64,000 bases of DNA from Chiloscyllium plagiosum (taxonomy: Eukaryota): assembly GCF_004010195.1 (NCBI RefSeq), contig NC_057719.1, positions 62,196,796 to 62,260,795 on the forward strand, written 5' to 3'. The notes below the pieces were generated by a model. It had not been told where the DNA came from and made no database searches. It was given only the letters and a program-made list of their open reading frames with translations. Positions 38,625 through 50,551 of the stretch are shown one piece after another; the first letter of the stretch is position 1, and each line of letters opens with the position of its first letter. Made by a program: the position numbers and the translations under genes.

Positions 38625-38925
38625 ATTTTATGTGAGATTGATCACACACATGGTTGGGTGTCACATGAGAGTGTTTGATATTGCTACTGTGTGGTAATTC
38701 TTTCCCTTATTCATCCATTTGCTTACATTGTGTCTGCATTTTCATTAAAGCCTGGAAACACATCAGTAAAGAGTTGTTTGCACTGATAACTTGCTTCCAC
38801 ATGAAAGAAACAGCTTGATGATTTGCCTGTTATTATTCAATAGATGCTTGATGTCGATAGGAATGGCTGAATGGAATCTGATTGAGTCAAACTCTCAGCA
38901 GAAAGTGATCTTGTACTTTTTCATT

Positions 38926-39235
38926 TGATTAGATTAGATTAGATTACTTAGTGTGGAAACAAGCCCTTCGGCCCAACAAGTCCACACCACCTGCCGAAGC
39001 GCAACCCACCCATACCTCTATATTTACCCCTTCACCTAACACTATGGGCAATTTAGCATGGCCAATTCACCTAACCTGCACATCTTTGGACTGTGGGAGG
39101 AAACCAGAACACCCAGAGGAAACCCATGCAGACACGGGGAGAATGTGCAAACTCCACACAGTCAGTCGCCTGAGGCGGGAATTGAACCCGGGTCTCTGGC
39201 ACTATGAGGCAGCAGTGCTAACCACTGTGCCGCCC
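38926..39235 (-). mobile_element. HE1-like V-SINE
   Basis: Head, V-domain and (TCTAA)n tail. Confidence 0.9.
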
Positions 39236-39999
39236 TCTACTAGACAACCACAGCAGACACAGCAAGAAAAGATTTAATCGAGCCATTTTGACATTTTAGT
39301 GAAGGGTTTTCATCTAGTGAAGTTGGAAAGACTATTTCCATAGTGCACGAGCAAAATAATGGAGATGCTGGAAATCTGACGTGCAACATGCTGGAACCAG
39401 TGCTCTTTTACATTCATTTTGGTGCAGGAAAGAAATTTTAAAAAAGGGATGAAACCCCTGCTACAAGTAGTTTGTATTCCTCCCTCCTCATAGAAACTAT
39501 ACTGTAGGGCAGACAATAAATCCAGAGATAATGAGGGTATCTAACAAAGGAAGTACCTTTAATTGTGAGTGATTTTAGTGTTCATGCAGATTGAGATAGT
39601 CAAATTGGCAGAAAATTCATTATGTGTATTTGGGACAGTTTCCCAGAACAAAATGTTGTGTATCCAACCAGAGATCAGGCTAGTTTGGATCTGGTGAAGT
39701 CGGTCTAATAAATGATCTCCGTAAAAGATCCCTAAGGAAAAGGTGACCATAACATGAATTTAGCGTTCAGTTTGAGAGGGAGAAACTTGGGTCAGAAACA
39801 GTTGTGTTTGTTAAAACAACGGTAGTTACAGAGGAACAAGGGCAGCGCTGTCTGGTGTAGGCGAGGAAAGACTTCAGCAATGAAGATGGTTAAGGAACAA
39901 TGGCATACGTTTGAGCGAACAGTTTGTGGCTCACAACAAAGATGTAAAGGCAAAGGTAATGTTGCTGCAATGCCAGAGGACGATAGGACTGTGCACACA

Positions 40000-40021
40000 A
40001 GAGAGAGAGAGAGAGAGAGAG
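40000..40021. repeat. (AG)n microsatellite
   Basis: Direct read. Confidence 0.95.
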
Positions 40022-40315
40022 TGACAGACAACTGGTGGAGGTTCAACCTGAGAGTTATTTAGTTCCTCCTTGAAAGAAGTTAGACAACTCCAACCAGAAT
40101 GTTATCAATGAATATGCCCAAGTTTTCTTTTGCGAGCCATGTGTGTCACCTCAGAAGATCAAAGAGAGCGGGCTGTAGGTGAGTTCTGTTTATATATGCA
40201 TTTCAGATGATTTTTCTGGAGGTTTCTATGGTTCTGGCCAATCAGGGAGACTCATTTAAATAGTTTGAAACATGCCAATCATTTGGGTGGCTTGTCCACT
40301 GTTTGTTTCTTTGTG

Positions 40316-40632
40316 TAGATTAGATTAGATTCCCTACAGTGTGGAAACAGGCCCTTCAGCCCAACGAGTCCACACCGACCCTCCAAAGAGTAACCCACCC
40401 AGACCCATTTCCCTCTGACCAATGCACCTAACACTATGGGCAATTTAGCATGGCCAATTCACCTGACCTGCACATCTTTGGACTGTGGGAGGAAACTGAA
40501 CACCCGGAGGAAACCCACGCAGACGCTGAGAATGTGCAAACTTCATGCAGACAATCGCCCGGGGCTGGAATTGAAGCTGGGTCCTTGGTGCTGTGAGGCA
40601 GCAGTGCTAACCACTGAGCCTCCATGCTGCCC
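40316..40632 (-). mobile_element. HE1-like V-SINE
   Basis: Head, V-domain and tail. Confidence 0.9.
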
Positions 40633-40864
40633 AAGTAGAACCCAGTGACTTTATGTCTGGGCCCTCCTTTGTTTGATAGATAAATTGTTTGGGATTTGTC
40701 TATCCAGAATAACTATTGTCTTTTACATTATACTCATATCATTAGCACTGTCGAGATTTTGTGACTTCAGATTGGCCAATGTACCCAGTGTCCCTCATTG
40801 TTTGGCCAAGTTAGCAATCTGTGTTTTAGCAGCCAGGAGGCTGCTGCAGGTTCACCATGCCTCA

Positions 40865-40988
40865 GGCCAGGGGAGAGATTGAGAAGGACACTCTTTCATG
40901 GTAACCTCCGCTGATGTGGAAATTGAACCCATGTTGTTGGCATCACTCAGCATCACAAACCACCCGTCCAGCCTACTGAGCTAACCAG
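40865..40988 (-). mobile_element. tRNA-derived SINE head of another family
   Basis: Minus strand GGTTAGCTCAGTAGGCTGGACGG...GGGTTCAATTTCC (A and B boxes). Confidence 0.55.
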
Positions 40989-43900
40989 TATGTTTTTTGA
41001 GCGTGCTGAATCTGCAGGATCGCTTTACTGCAGAGGACTGCTGAGGCTTGGTCATTAAGTATATTCCAGGCTGAGGTAGACAGATTTGTCTCGATTTTTA
41101 ATAAGTAAGGCAATCAAAGGTATTGGGGTAAAAGCAGGAAAGTGGAGCTGAGGGTTGTCAGATCAACCGTGGTCTTGTTGACTGGACAGACTCGATGGGC
41201 TGAAGGACCTGCCTCTGCTCCTGTCGTCTTCTGACCTTCTCTGTCGTACTGTCAAGCAGAAATGGGAGAGATTTATGATTCACAAATTTCCCTGATGATG
41301 GTAATGAGCAGTGAACGACCAAATGACTATTAAACAATATCAGAAAGCTGAGCTGGAGGGGGTAGACTTCATCCTTTCGAATTTTTGTTTATATTTTTGC
41401 CATTTCTCATTGGTCCCTTGTACCAGAGCTCTGACATTATTTTCTCAGGCATTGAGACAATGTTCAACATATGGTCTCCTACTTCGAAATTCTAATAGAC
41501 AACAGGGAGGAAGTATTTCCCTATAGCTTTTCTCACATGCTTCCGAGATTTACCTAGATAGTTCTTGTCAGTGCAGTCATTAAAATAAAGGCACTTGTCT
41601 CCTGGAGGCCAATCCTGCACGTTTGCGCACAGCACTCGCACAGGGCTGATGCCATTTGTTTAAAGTTCCTCTCTTCTGAAATTTGTGTTGTTTATAATTA
41701 TTGTGAATCAAAAGTGTTTGATAAATATTGGAATTCCAATGCGTGACTCTTTGATTAGTGGCACTTCAGTTATTTCACATTGGAGAGCTTGAAATGACTA
41801 TAATTTTGGTGTAATTATACAGCAGAAATTTATTTCTTAATTAGATAGGATTCTTCTTCTAAGAGTGAAGGAAAAAGAGCATCTGATGTTGCTGTCTAGT
41901 CAGCCATGGGCTCAGTACGTCTATCAGCGTCCTACAGCTTGGGTATTTTGTGAAAGTGTTGAATAATATGACAGGTGATTAAATACCATTGGTTTGCGAC
42001 AGTGGATCTGCCCAATCCAAATGTTACAGATTGCAAGTATTGAAATTTTAAATCCAAAGCACTGACAAAAATAGTGTGGTCCTCCTGTAAAAAAACAGTA
42101 GTGCAGTTTGAATCTCTTCTCCATATTTTCAGCCTTTCATTGACAGTGTTTGATATCAGTCTGTTGCTGTAACTTGTGTCTGGTCTATCATGGATCTTTC
42201 CCCTCATCCTGAGACAGGGCATGTGACTCGTGGGTTATGACACCAGAACCAGAACTAATATTCCAGGGACACGGTTTCGAATTCTGCCATGGCAGCTGAG
42301 GATTTGAAAATCAATTCAATAACTCTGGAGCAAAAAACTCATACCTACATGGAAATTGTGAAACTTTGGATTCTCATAAACACCATTTGATTCACCATCT
42401 TAAGAAAAAAAATTGTCATCCTTGCCCAGTTAAACCAAAATATCCAGAACCCACAGTGATATGGCTGACCCTTTATAGCCTGTGAAATGACCGAAGAAGT
42501 CATTGGGTTATCCATAGATGTATAATTAATGCTCACCTTGCCAGTAATGTCTCAATAACCCCATGTTTGAAAGATTGAAAAGCATGGCATATATCTTGAC
42601 ACTCTTTCGATGTGTGCTCTGCATGATTTCGAATACTGTTTGTGATGACACATGGCAATCTATCGAGTAGTCGTGTGTTGCAGTTCACTCTGGGAATATG
42701 TGTTGCTGTGGCAATGTTCAATTTTTGCATGCATGGTTTCGGGAGGTGTGGATGGTGATGTTGGAGGCTCTGAAATCTTGCTTTCCGATAGCAGAAGAGC
42801 CACTTCTCCCACTCTTACTGACACGGCAACTGTTGCAAGCACTTTCATGTTGACAGTTGACCAGTTTCTCTATGATAAACACACCTTTCTTGATCACTAT
42901 GTCCTGGGGTAGGACAGTTGGAACTGGGAAAGTCAGACTTAAAGGCAAGGATGCCACCCACTCCATCGCAAAACCTCTGTGACAGTACAGTCGTAGCTTT
43001 TAGCATCGTTAGATTTTAACCTGTTCAGTCAGTTGAAATGAACAACTGCATTATTCAAAATGGATTATATTTAGTAAAAAGATATGTAACTGACTTGATT
43101 AATCATATGTTATCAAACTAAAATTGATCATAAAATCCTGGCGCTCCATTCATTTAAACAAAAATCTTTTCCTATCTGGACGCCAATACTATATATGGTT
43201 TGCTGACATTCCTGTCGTAATTTCAAATTATTTATGTTCCCACAACAAAGCTTGGTGTTTTTCTATTGGGATGCTTGCACTGTAGTTTCTGGCAACTGAA
43301 TAGTAGAAATATCTTGTTCCCAGCTTGGAATCAGTACCTCAGGGGCAAGTCTGAAGAAGTGCAGCAGTTTGGCAAGCTTTGTCTTTCAGGTGAGTCGTAT
43401 TTGATTTCTTGGGAAAGTGGGAAAGACTTCATCATGATATTTGGAGATGAGTGTGGACATTCTCCCAGTCTCCAATGCAGTAATTTCCTTCCATCAGCAC
43501 CACAGAATCCGCCCACTGCTACATCGCTATTTGTATGAGCTGTCTGTGTGCAAATTGAATGCCACATTTTCTGCTATATTTGCTGCAGAGCACTTTGGGC
43601 AGTGCTGAGATTGGAAAAGGTGCTGTACAAATCAAGGTCTCTCAGATTAAGGTCTCATCTGAAAGAAATATCAAATTTAATCCAAGATTGGATACTTAAT
43701 TTGTTCCCATTTCTCCCCCTCTTAATCCACTTGACAGAGCACACAAAGGGAATCACATGGTGTGGAAACCATGATTTATATTTGATATATGTTCAAAAAG
43801 CCAATTCATCCCAGGTCAAGCACACTTGCCTGTGACTGAGAGAAATAGCCTTTGGTTTCTCATGAAAGACCTCACTCACTGTGATTTGGGCAGAATATAA

Positions 43901-44919
43901 TTACGTCTCAAATCTGTCCACACATACAAACTATGTTCATCTCCTTGAAAGCTACTTTTCCTTATTGTCTGTCTTATTCAACAAGATGCAGAAGGCAGTA
44001 CAGATCAGTTAGAGCCTGACAGTAATTTTGTGACACAGACTGTGCTTAAGTATTTAGTCTTATTGTCAGCATTGTGGCATTCAAGTAAAACAGTAGTGTT
44101 CAAAATGCAGGACAGTTTATCAAATATAAAGCAATGTGCTGCCTCATCAAAGCTTTGGCTAAGTGTTTGGGAGCTGACTTTACAGTTTATTTAGTGGCTC
44201 AGAAACATTATTTAAAAATAAAAAGACAACTGTCTTGTAACTATGCCAGGAAGCTGCTAAATTGAAGCAAAGACCTGTTTCTCAAATGCATGCACACGGC
44301 TTCTTTCTCACTGTTGTGGGAGCCAGACTGACATGGCCTGAATTATATGTGGTAAACAAGCCCTTGAAATCTCTCTCAAGCCTGTAGTGGGCTATTGTTT
44401 GGCACCTTAGAATTATTCACAAGCCACCTTAGTGTGGCACCACCTGCAGGGGATTGCGAACAGCTTGTCTCTTCAACGAATCAGGTTGAAAAATCCAGAA
44501 TCCTAAAATTGACATGCACAGTCTAAGCCAACCTTCCATCTAGTGACTCCAACCACACTACTCATTGCTGCAGAAAGGCAGCCAACATCATTAAAGATCC
44601 CAGTTATAATCTCTTCCAACCTCTTCCGTCAGGCAGAAGATACAAAAGGCTTAAACACATGTTCTACCAGGTTCAAGAACAGCAGCTTCCCCGCTGAATG
44701 GTCCTCTCAAATTTCACATCTAACATTGATCTTGTTTTTAGTACACCTCCTTTGCAGCTGTAACATTGTATTCTTCTCTTTCTGTTCAATCACCGTATGA
44801 TCTTTGTGTCTTTGTATGTTCTGATCTGCTGCAGTACGTGCAAAGCAGAACTTTTCGCTGTATATAGGTGCATGCAACATTAATGAATTAAAGGCAGGGA
44901 ATGTATCATTAGGACAAAT

Positions 44920-45370
44920 AGTGACATAGTGGTAATACCACTGATATAGTCATTCTGAGCAGGGCCAAGGACTGAAATCCTGAACCTCAGTGCATTTCTG
45001 ACTGACCCAATCACAGCAGACTCTCACTAAGTTGGGAGTATTGGGCCCAGTTATCGGACTCTGTACCCAACCCAAGTTGATGTTCTGGGGACATGCAGCT
45101 GGTGTAATTTGAATTCAGTTCAGTAAATCAAGATACAAAGTTAATTTAGTAATGGTGACCATAAGCATGATCGTTTATTATGAAAGCCCATCTTGGAGCG
45201 AAATCTGCCATCGTTTCCCAGTCTGGCTGATTTGCAATTCCAGACAGCGATGTTTGAACCCTTACTGCCTTCTAAAATAGCTGAGCAAATCCCCTCAGTT
45301 CAGGGGCAATTAGGAACAGGCAACATGTTCTGACCTTGTCAGTGATGACCACATCCCACAGAAGAATAAA
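44920..45370 (+). mobile_element. SacSINE1/Deu-like SINE, degraded, with an internal ~100-bp insertion
   Basis: AATCTGCCATC...GTCTGGC...CCCTCAGTTCAGGGGCAATTAGG...CACATCCC; related copies at 42215-42570 (+) and 45640-45910 (-). Confidence 0.55.
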
Positions 45371-47131
45371 GGAAGGAAAAATAGCAAACTACACGGGTAC
45401 AAAGTAAGGGATTGCAAACCAACAGGAGGTCTGATCCATTGTCAGATTAAGTATTTTGAAATAAGCTGCAATTTGTGAGGATGTAATGTATGCTAAAATG
45501 GTATCATTGTCTTTCGAATGCGCAAGTATATTCAACATGAGTTCATTCAAAAAAAGCTTAAGATGCCTGTCTACAGGATGTGCGCCTCAGGGTGGCTGTC
45601 ACAGTTCAACAGACTAGGATGTGGTTCTGTATATGAATGCATTTTTTTATTATTTGTTCACAGGATGAGGGCATCACTGCTGGGCCAGCATTTATTGCCC
45701 ATCCCTAACTGCCCAGAGGGCAGCTGAGTGTCACCTACATTGGTTTGGATCTGGAGTCACATGACTATCAAGCCAACTAAGGATAATTGCTTCCTTTGCT
45801 AAAAGAGATTAGTGAACCAGTTGGGTTGTTTTTTTTAATCACAGTTGATGATGGTTTCATGAGACTTTTCATTCCAGATTTTTAAAAATTAAATTCAAAT
45901 TCCACCTTCTGTCTCATTCCAAACATCTACATTTTGATACAAAGCAAGAAATCATGGTATGCATTATCATGTAGGTTTTTAATTACTCCAGTCACGAACT
46001 GCATACAATGACTGTTTTTGTGCCTTACCAATTCTCTATTTCCATCATGCTGTACTTACACATTGCACATACAGTTATAGGGGTGTTGGCTGCTCATGTG
46101 AGTGATGTTTAGCCAGAATGTGTTGTTTCTTTGTCATTTTTTGCTGTTAATAGCTTTATTGTTATCTTTCCCTGATTTGGTTGATATGCAATTCTGGATC
46201 TGATGGTTGATGTGTGTTCTGTGTTGGTAGTGTATTCAGCTCTTCCTGTTCAGTTATTTTCAGTTGGGTGTACGTGTGCGTGGTTCTGACCGTAAATTTG
46301 GATTTTCCTTCCACTGTGTGTGATCGAAGTGAGAACCGCAGCATGCAAGCCCCACATTGTCACTTGGGCTGGCTTTTATTGAGAGTGTTGAATGTTTATA
46401 CTCTGGCGAGCTTTTCAGTGCTGAAGTCTGACAAAGATTTCGCAGTTCCTTCAAAACAAAATTTGGCTTTCTGCCATTTCATTTTAACAATTTCATTTTG
46501 ACAATTTCATTTCAACCTTTACTCTTTTGGTTTCAGGAACTTCTGCTATTGGAAAAGAAGCTCATGTGTGACATTTGTCTTTACACTGGACTGTTTTCCA
46601 CTCGGGAACTGATTGACATGGTCACTCACAGCAATACTGGGATGCCATAAACTGAAACGTGCTTTTAGCCATTTGACAATCTCAGTGGTCATCATTGAAG
46701 TCAACTGGTCCACCTACTAGTTGTCAGGATAGTAGCCTACTGTGACAAGATAATCATTACCCTGTGAGTGTGAAGTAATCTCCGCCCAGCTTTATCCATA
46801 GTCTGTCTGGGATGTTAGTTCCATCAGCAGCTGTCCAGCTTGCTCAGCTTTGGATTCAGTGCAAGCATTGCACTGGCTAATGTGTTCCCCTGATTTTGTT
46901 GTTTACGTTGAGCTGGCAAAGTACATCTCTTGGCTCCCTCAATTCCTTGTTAACTTGTATGATTTTGTACAGTATACCATTTAGGGGCTGTCAATTGTTC
47001 CCAAAGATCTGGTAACTATAGCAGACTAAGACATACATTTGTACATGATTACATTTCAATCCAAACAACAACCTTTTATGTCTTGTTGAAATGTTCTGAA
47101 CCCTGGCTGCTTGTACTTCTGTTATTTCTTT

Positions 47132-47445
47132 TTAGATTAGATTCCCTACAGTGTGGAAGCAGGCCCTTTGGCCCAACAAGTCCACACTGACCCTCCAAAG
47201 AGTAACCCACCTAGTCCCATTTCCCTCTGACTAATGCACCTAACACTACGGGCAATTTAGCATGGCCAATTCACCTGGCCTGCACGTCTTTGGACTGTGG
47301 GAGGAAACCGGAGCACCCGGAGGAAACCCATGCAGACACTGGGAGAACATGCAAACTCCACACAGACAGTTGCCTGAGGCTGGAATCAAACCTGGGACCC
47401 TGGTTCTGTGAGGCAAGAGTGCTAACCACTGAGCCACGGTGCCGC
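47132..47445 (-). mobile_element. HE1-like V-SINE
   Basis: Head, V-domain and tail. Confidence 0.9.
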
Positions 47446-47947
47446 TAATATTTGACTCTGCCTGGATAACATCTGAGAATATTTACCAGTGCACTAAAAG
47501 CTGTTTGTAACTTTTCAGAACTGCAGGGGTTCAAATGGCTGCCTACTTATGATTTAGCTGTTAAAGTTAATTTTCTTGAGACTTATACTTGAAGCATCTT
47601 TTATATTTGATGAGGCTAGAGGTTTGTTCTATTGTACTGACTATTGTCTAGTGATACTGGCTGAGTTCTGTTCCCTACTGACCCAATGTTTTTAAAATCC
47701 CAAGTACAAGATTATTTTCCTTTCGTGATTTTAAGACCTTCTGCAAGCCTTTTGCTCCCGTTTTTTTTTCCCCAGAGGACATGGTTGGAAGTATGCTGTG
47801 CCATTGAATTGGTTGTAATTGGATTACACAGCATCTTCCAATCCCCATGAAGTTGGTTTGGATGCATCATCACCAAAGGAAATTAATAAATCTTAAAGCC
47901 GAACCCAGTGAACAGTTATTCATTCAGCACACCATGTGGAGGAACAG

Positions 47948-48515
47948 GGAGAAAGTGTGGACTGCAGATGCTGGAGATCAGAGTCAAGAGTGTAGTGCTG
48001 GGAAAGCACAGCCGGTCAAGCAGCATCTGAGGAGCAGGAGAATCGATGTTTCTTACTAAAGTCCTTCATCAGGAATGAGGCTTGAGAGATTGATGGGAGG
48101 GGAAGGGGAAGGTAGCTGCATCTGCAATTGGTAGATGAAGGTGGAGGGTGAAGGTGATAAGTCAAACACGGGGGGCGGGGAGCGGACAGGTGAGAAGGAC
48201 GATGGACAGGTAGAACAGTTCAAGTGTGTGTGTTGCCAAGTTGGAAGGTTGGATCTGGGATAAGGTGGGGGAGGGAAGATGAGGAAACTGGTGAAACCCA
48301 CATTGATCTCGTGTGGTTAGAAGGTCCTAAGGCTGAAGATTAGGTGTTCTTCCTCCAGGTGTCTGTTAGTCAGGGTTTGAACATGAAGGCCCAGTACCTG
48401 CATGTCCTTAGGGGAGTGGGAGAGAGAATTGAAGTGTTCAGCCATGGGGTTGGTGAGGTTTTTTTCGTGTGTGTGTGTGTCCCAGAGGTGTTCTCTGAAG
48501 TGTTCCACAAATAGA
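47948..48515 (-). mobile_element. 5'-truncated PLE family A: GIY-YIG C-terminal half plus complete pLTR tail
   Basis: HFREHL...PMAEHFNSLSHS..DMQVLGL...LEEEHLIFSLRTF*PHEINV; TSD AGGAACAG at 47940-47947 and 48516-48523. Confidence 0.88.
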
Positions 48516-50551
48516 AGGAACAGCAATGTCAATTGACCCAGTTAATGGAAAGCAGTTGAATTGAACTGATTTGATTTATCCAACATGAGATAAATGTGAG
48601 GGAAAAGGAACAAGTAACTTTCCACAAGTGTCCACCATATCTTTTCTCGATGGTACTGAGATAGTACTTGAACTTGGCTGAGAAATGTTTTGTCTGTCCT
48701 CATGATGCTTTCTCCCTGATGCATTTCTGTTATCTTTGTTGCTGAATATTGAACAGATTACTCTTAGATATCAAAGGATATTGCAGCAGCAAGTGCTGTT
48801 TGATTTCGAGAAGAATGTAATCGGCCTGAAAGTAAAATTTTTGTATCACTTGCTGGGAGAATAATGTACTGTGTTGTTAAGCACATCTCCTTAGATTTCT
48901 TTCTGGACTGAGTTCAGAGACTTGTATTGGAACAATTGGATTCCTTTCGAGATAATAGGTTCTGTTTCACTTCTGCCAGGCTCTTTGCTCATTCAACAAA
49001 CAATGCAACTACAGATGAATTTCTTCCTTTCAAAAGCAAGTATGGTGACTGGGATTTTCTGTGTGAAGGTACTAGCTGAATGCCAATTAGTTAACACAGC
49101 AGTTTGATCACTAGCTTTACACCTCCTTTGTATGTCTATCTGCATTCACCATTATCATTTTGCAGAAAGCTTCTATGAGCATGCCCTTGAGTTCAGTGCT
49201 TGAAAATCTTGTGATCACTCTGCTCCCGACTCCCTCAAATTTCCACTATCCAAGTACCATTCTCCAACCAACAGGATGGTTGCCCGACAACATTGTCTCA
49301 GTGGACATCAAGAAGGTCTGACTTTGGAGATTTCCCCCTTTTCTGGGGACCCCTCCTTCACCCATCTGGTTAACATTATGTATAGGAAACTGTCAATGTA
49401 AGCATACTGTTCATTTGTTTTGGATCAGATTATTAAAAGTTACCTAACCAAGCAGGTAGATGAATTTAAATTAACCATCAGTCTTGATATCAATGAGAGG
49501 TGGAACAGCCTGGAATGCACTCTTCCGTTCCTGTATAGTTTAAAAACTAACAGTCTGCTTTGTAATGTACAAAGAAGTACATGAAACATGACAAATGCCA
49601 TAGATGTGTATTTAATCTGATGTGAAAACTTGCATTTAGCAGCTACTAATCCAAGTCTGCAGCTGGTCTCGCAACTGAAAACATTGTGAACCTACTGCCA
49701 CTGCATATGTGTACTAAGGTGCATTTTAATTTGGTGATGAGATGTCGGCAATTCTGAAACTGAGCATTTCCTGCACATCCGTAATTGCTCTTTGGAGAGT
49801 AGTGGAAATTGCCTTGAAACTTTTGCAGTCTGTGTGTTGAAGGTCCACCCATAATGTTTTTAGTAGGTGAGTATTTCAGAAAAAACCTGGATGATGTATT
49901 TTGAACCCAGGTTGTTGTATGAGTTAGAGGGGAGATTGAAGGTGGTGATGTTCCCATCTGTTTGTTGACCTTATCCTTCTAAGTGGTAAATGTCAGTTTT
50001 TTTTTGTGAGATTCTGTCAAGAGAGTGCACATTTAAACAATCCCTTATTTGTGCTGGGATTACTGCTCTTTGCAAAGATAAACTGGGATTTGCATGTGTG
50101 AAGGAAGTGAAAAATAATGCGAGGGTTCTCACTCCTGATTGTCTAATACTGCCCTGTGGAATGTGAATATTTGCTGGGAGCAGGCTAAATCTGTGGTTAT
50201 ACATCTTGAACAATCGAACAGGCTTACAGTACTGGAGCTGTTGACAATGTGTGGAATCACAGAATGAGGCCAATTGGCCCACTTGACCTTTGCTGGCTCT
50301 TGAACAAACTGCCCAATGACTTCCACTTCTGCTGTTCCCCAGTAACCCTTTCTTGACTTTACATGTTCATGTGCAGGAGCGCTTTGGCTTTTCTAGATTT
50401 GCATTTTACTGTATTTAATTTAGAGGTAAACAGTAAGTCTTAGTTGTGTGTTGCAAGGGAGAATGAAGAGTTAAAATATCTTAATCGAGTGAAAGCAAAA
50501 TCATCTGGAAATTGAGAAACAAACCTGTAAGGAGATCCCTGCTATCTGTGA

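Noticed and set aside
46408..46429. Iron-responsive-element-like CAGTGC loop
   Set aside because: No bulged C five bases upstream, and the upper stem has a U-U mismatch.
47776..47850. Possible exon after TTTTTTTTTTCCCCAG
   Set aside because: All three frames stop within about 75 nt, no convincing donor, no recognisable peptide.
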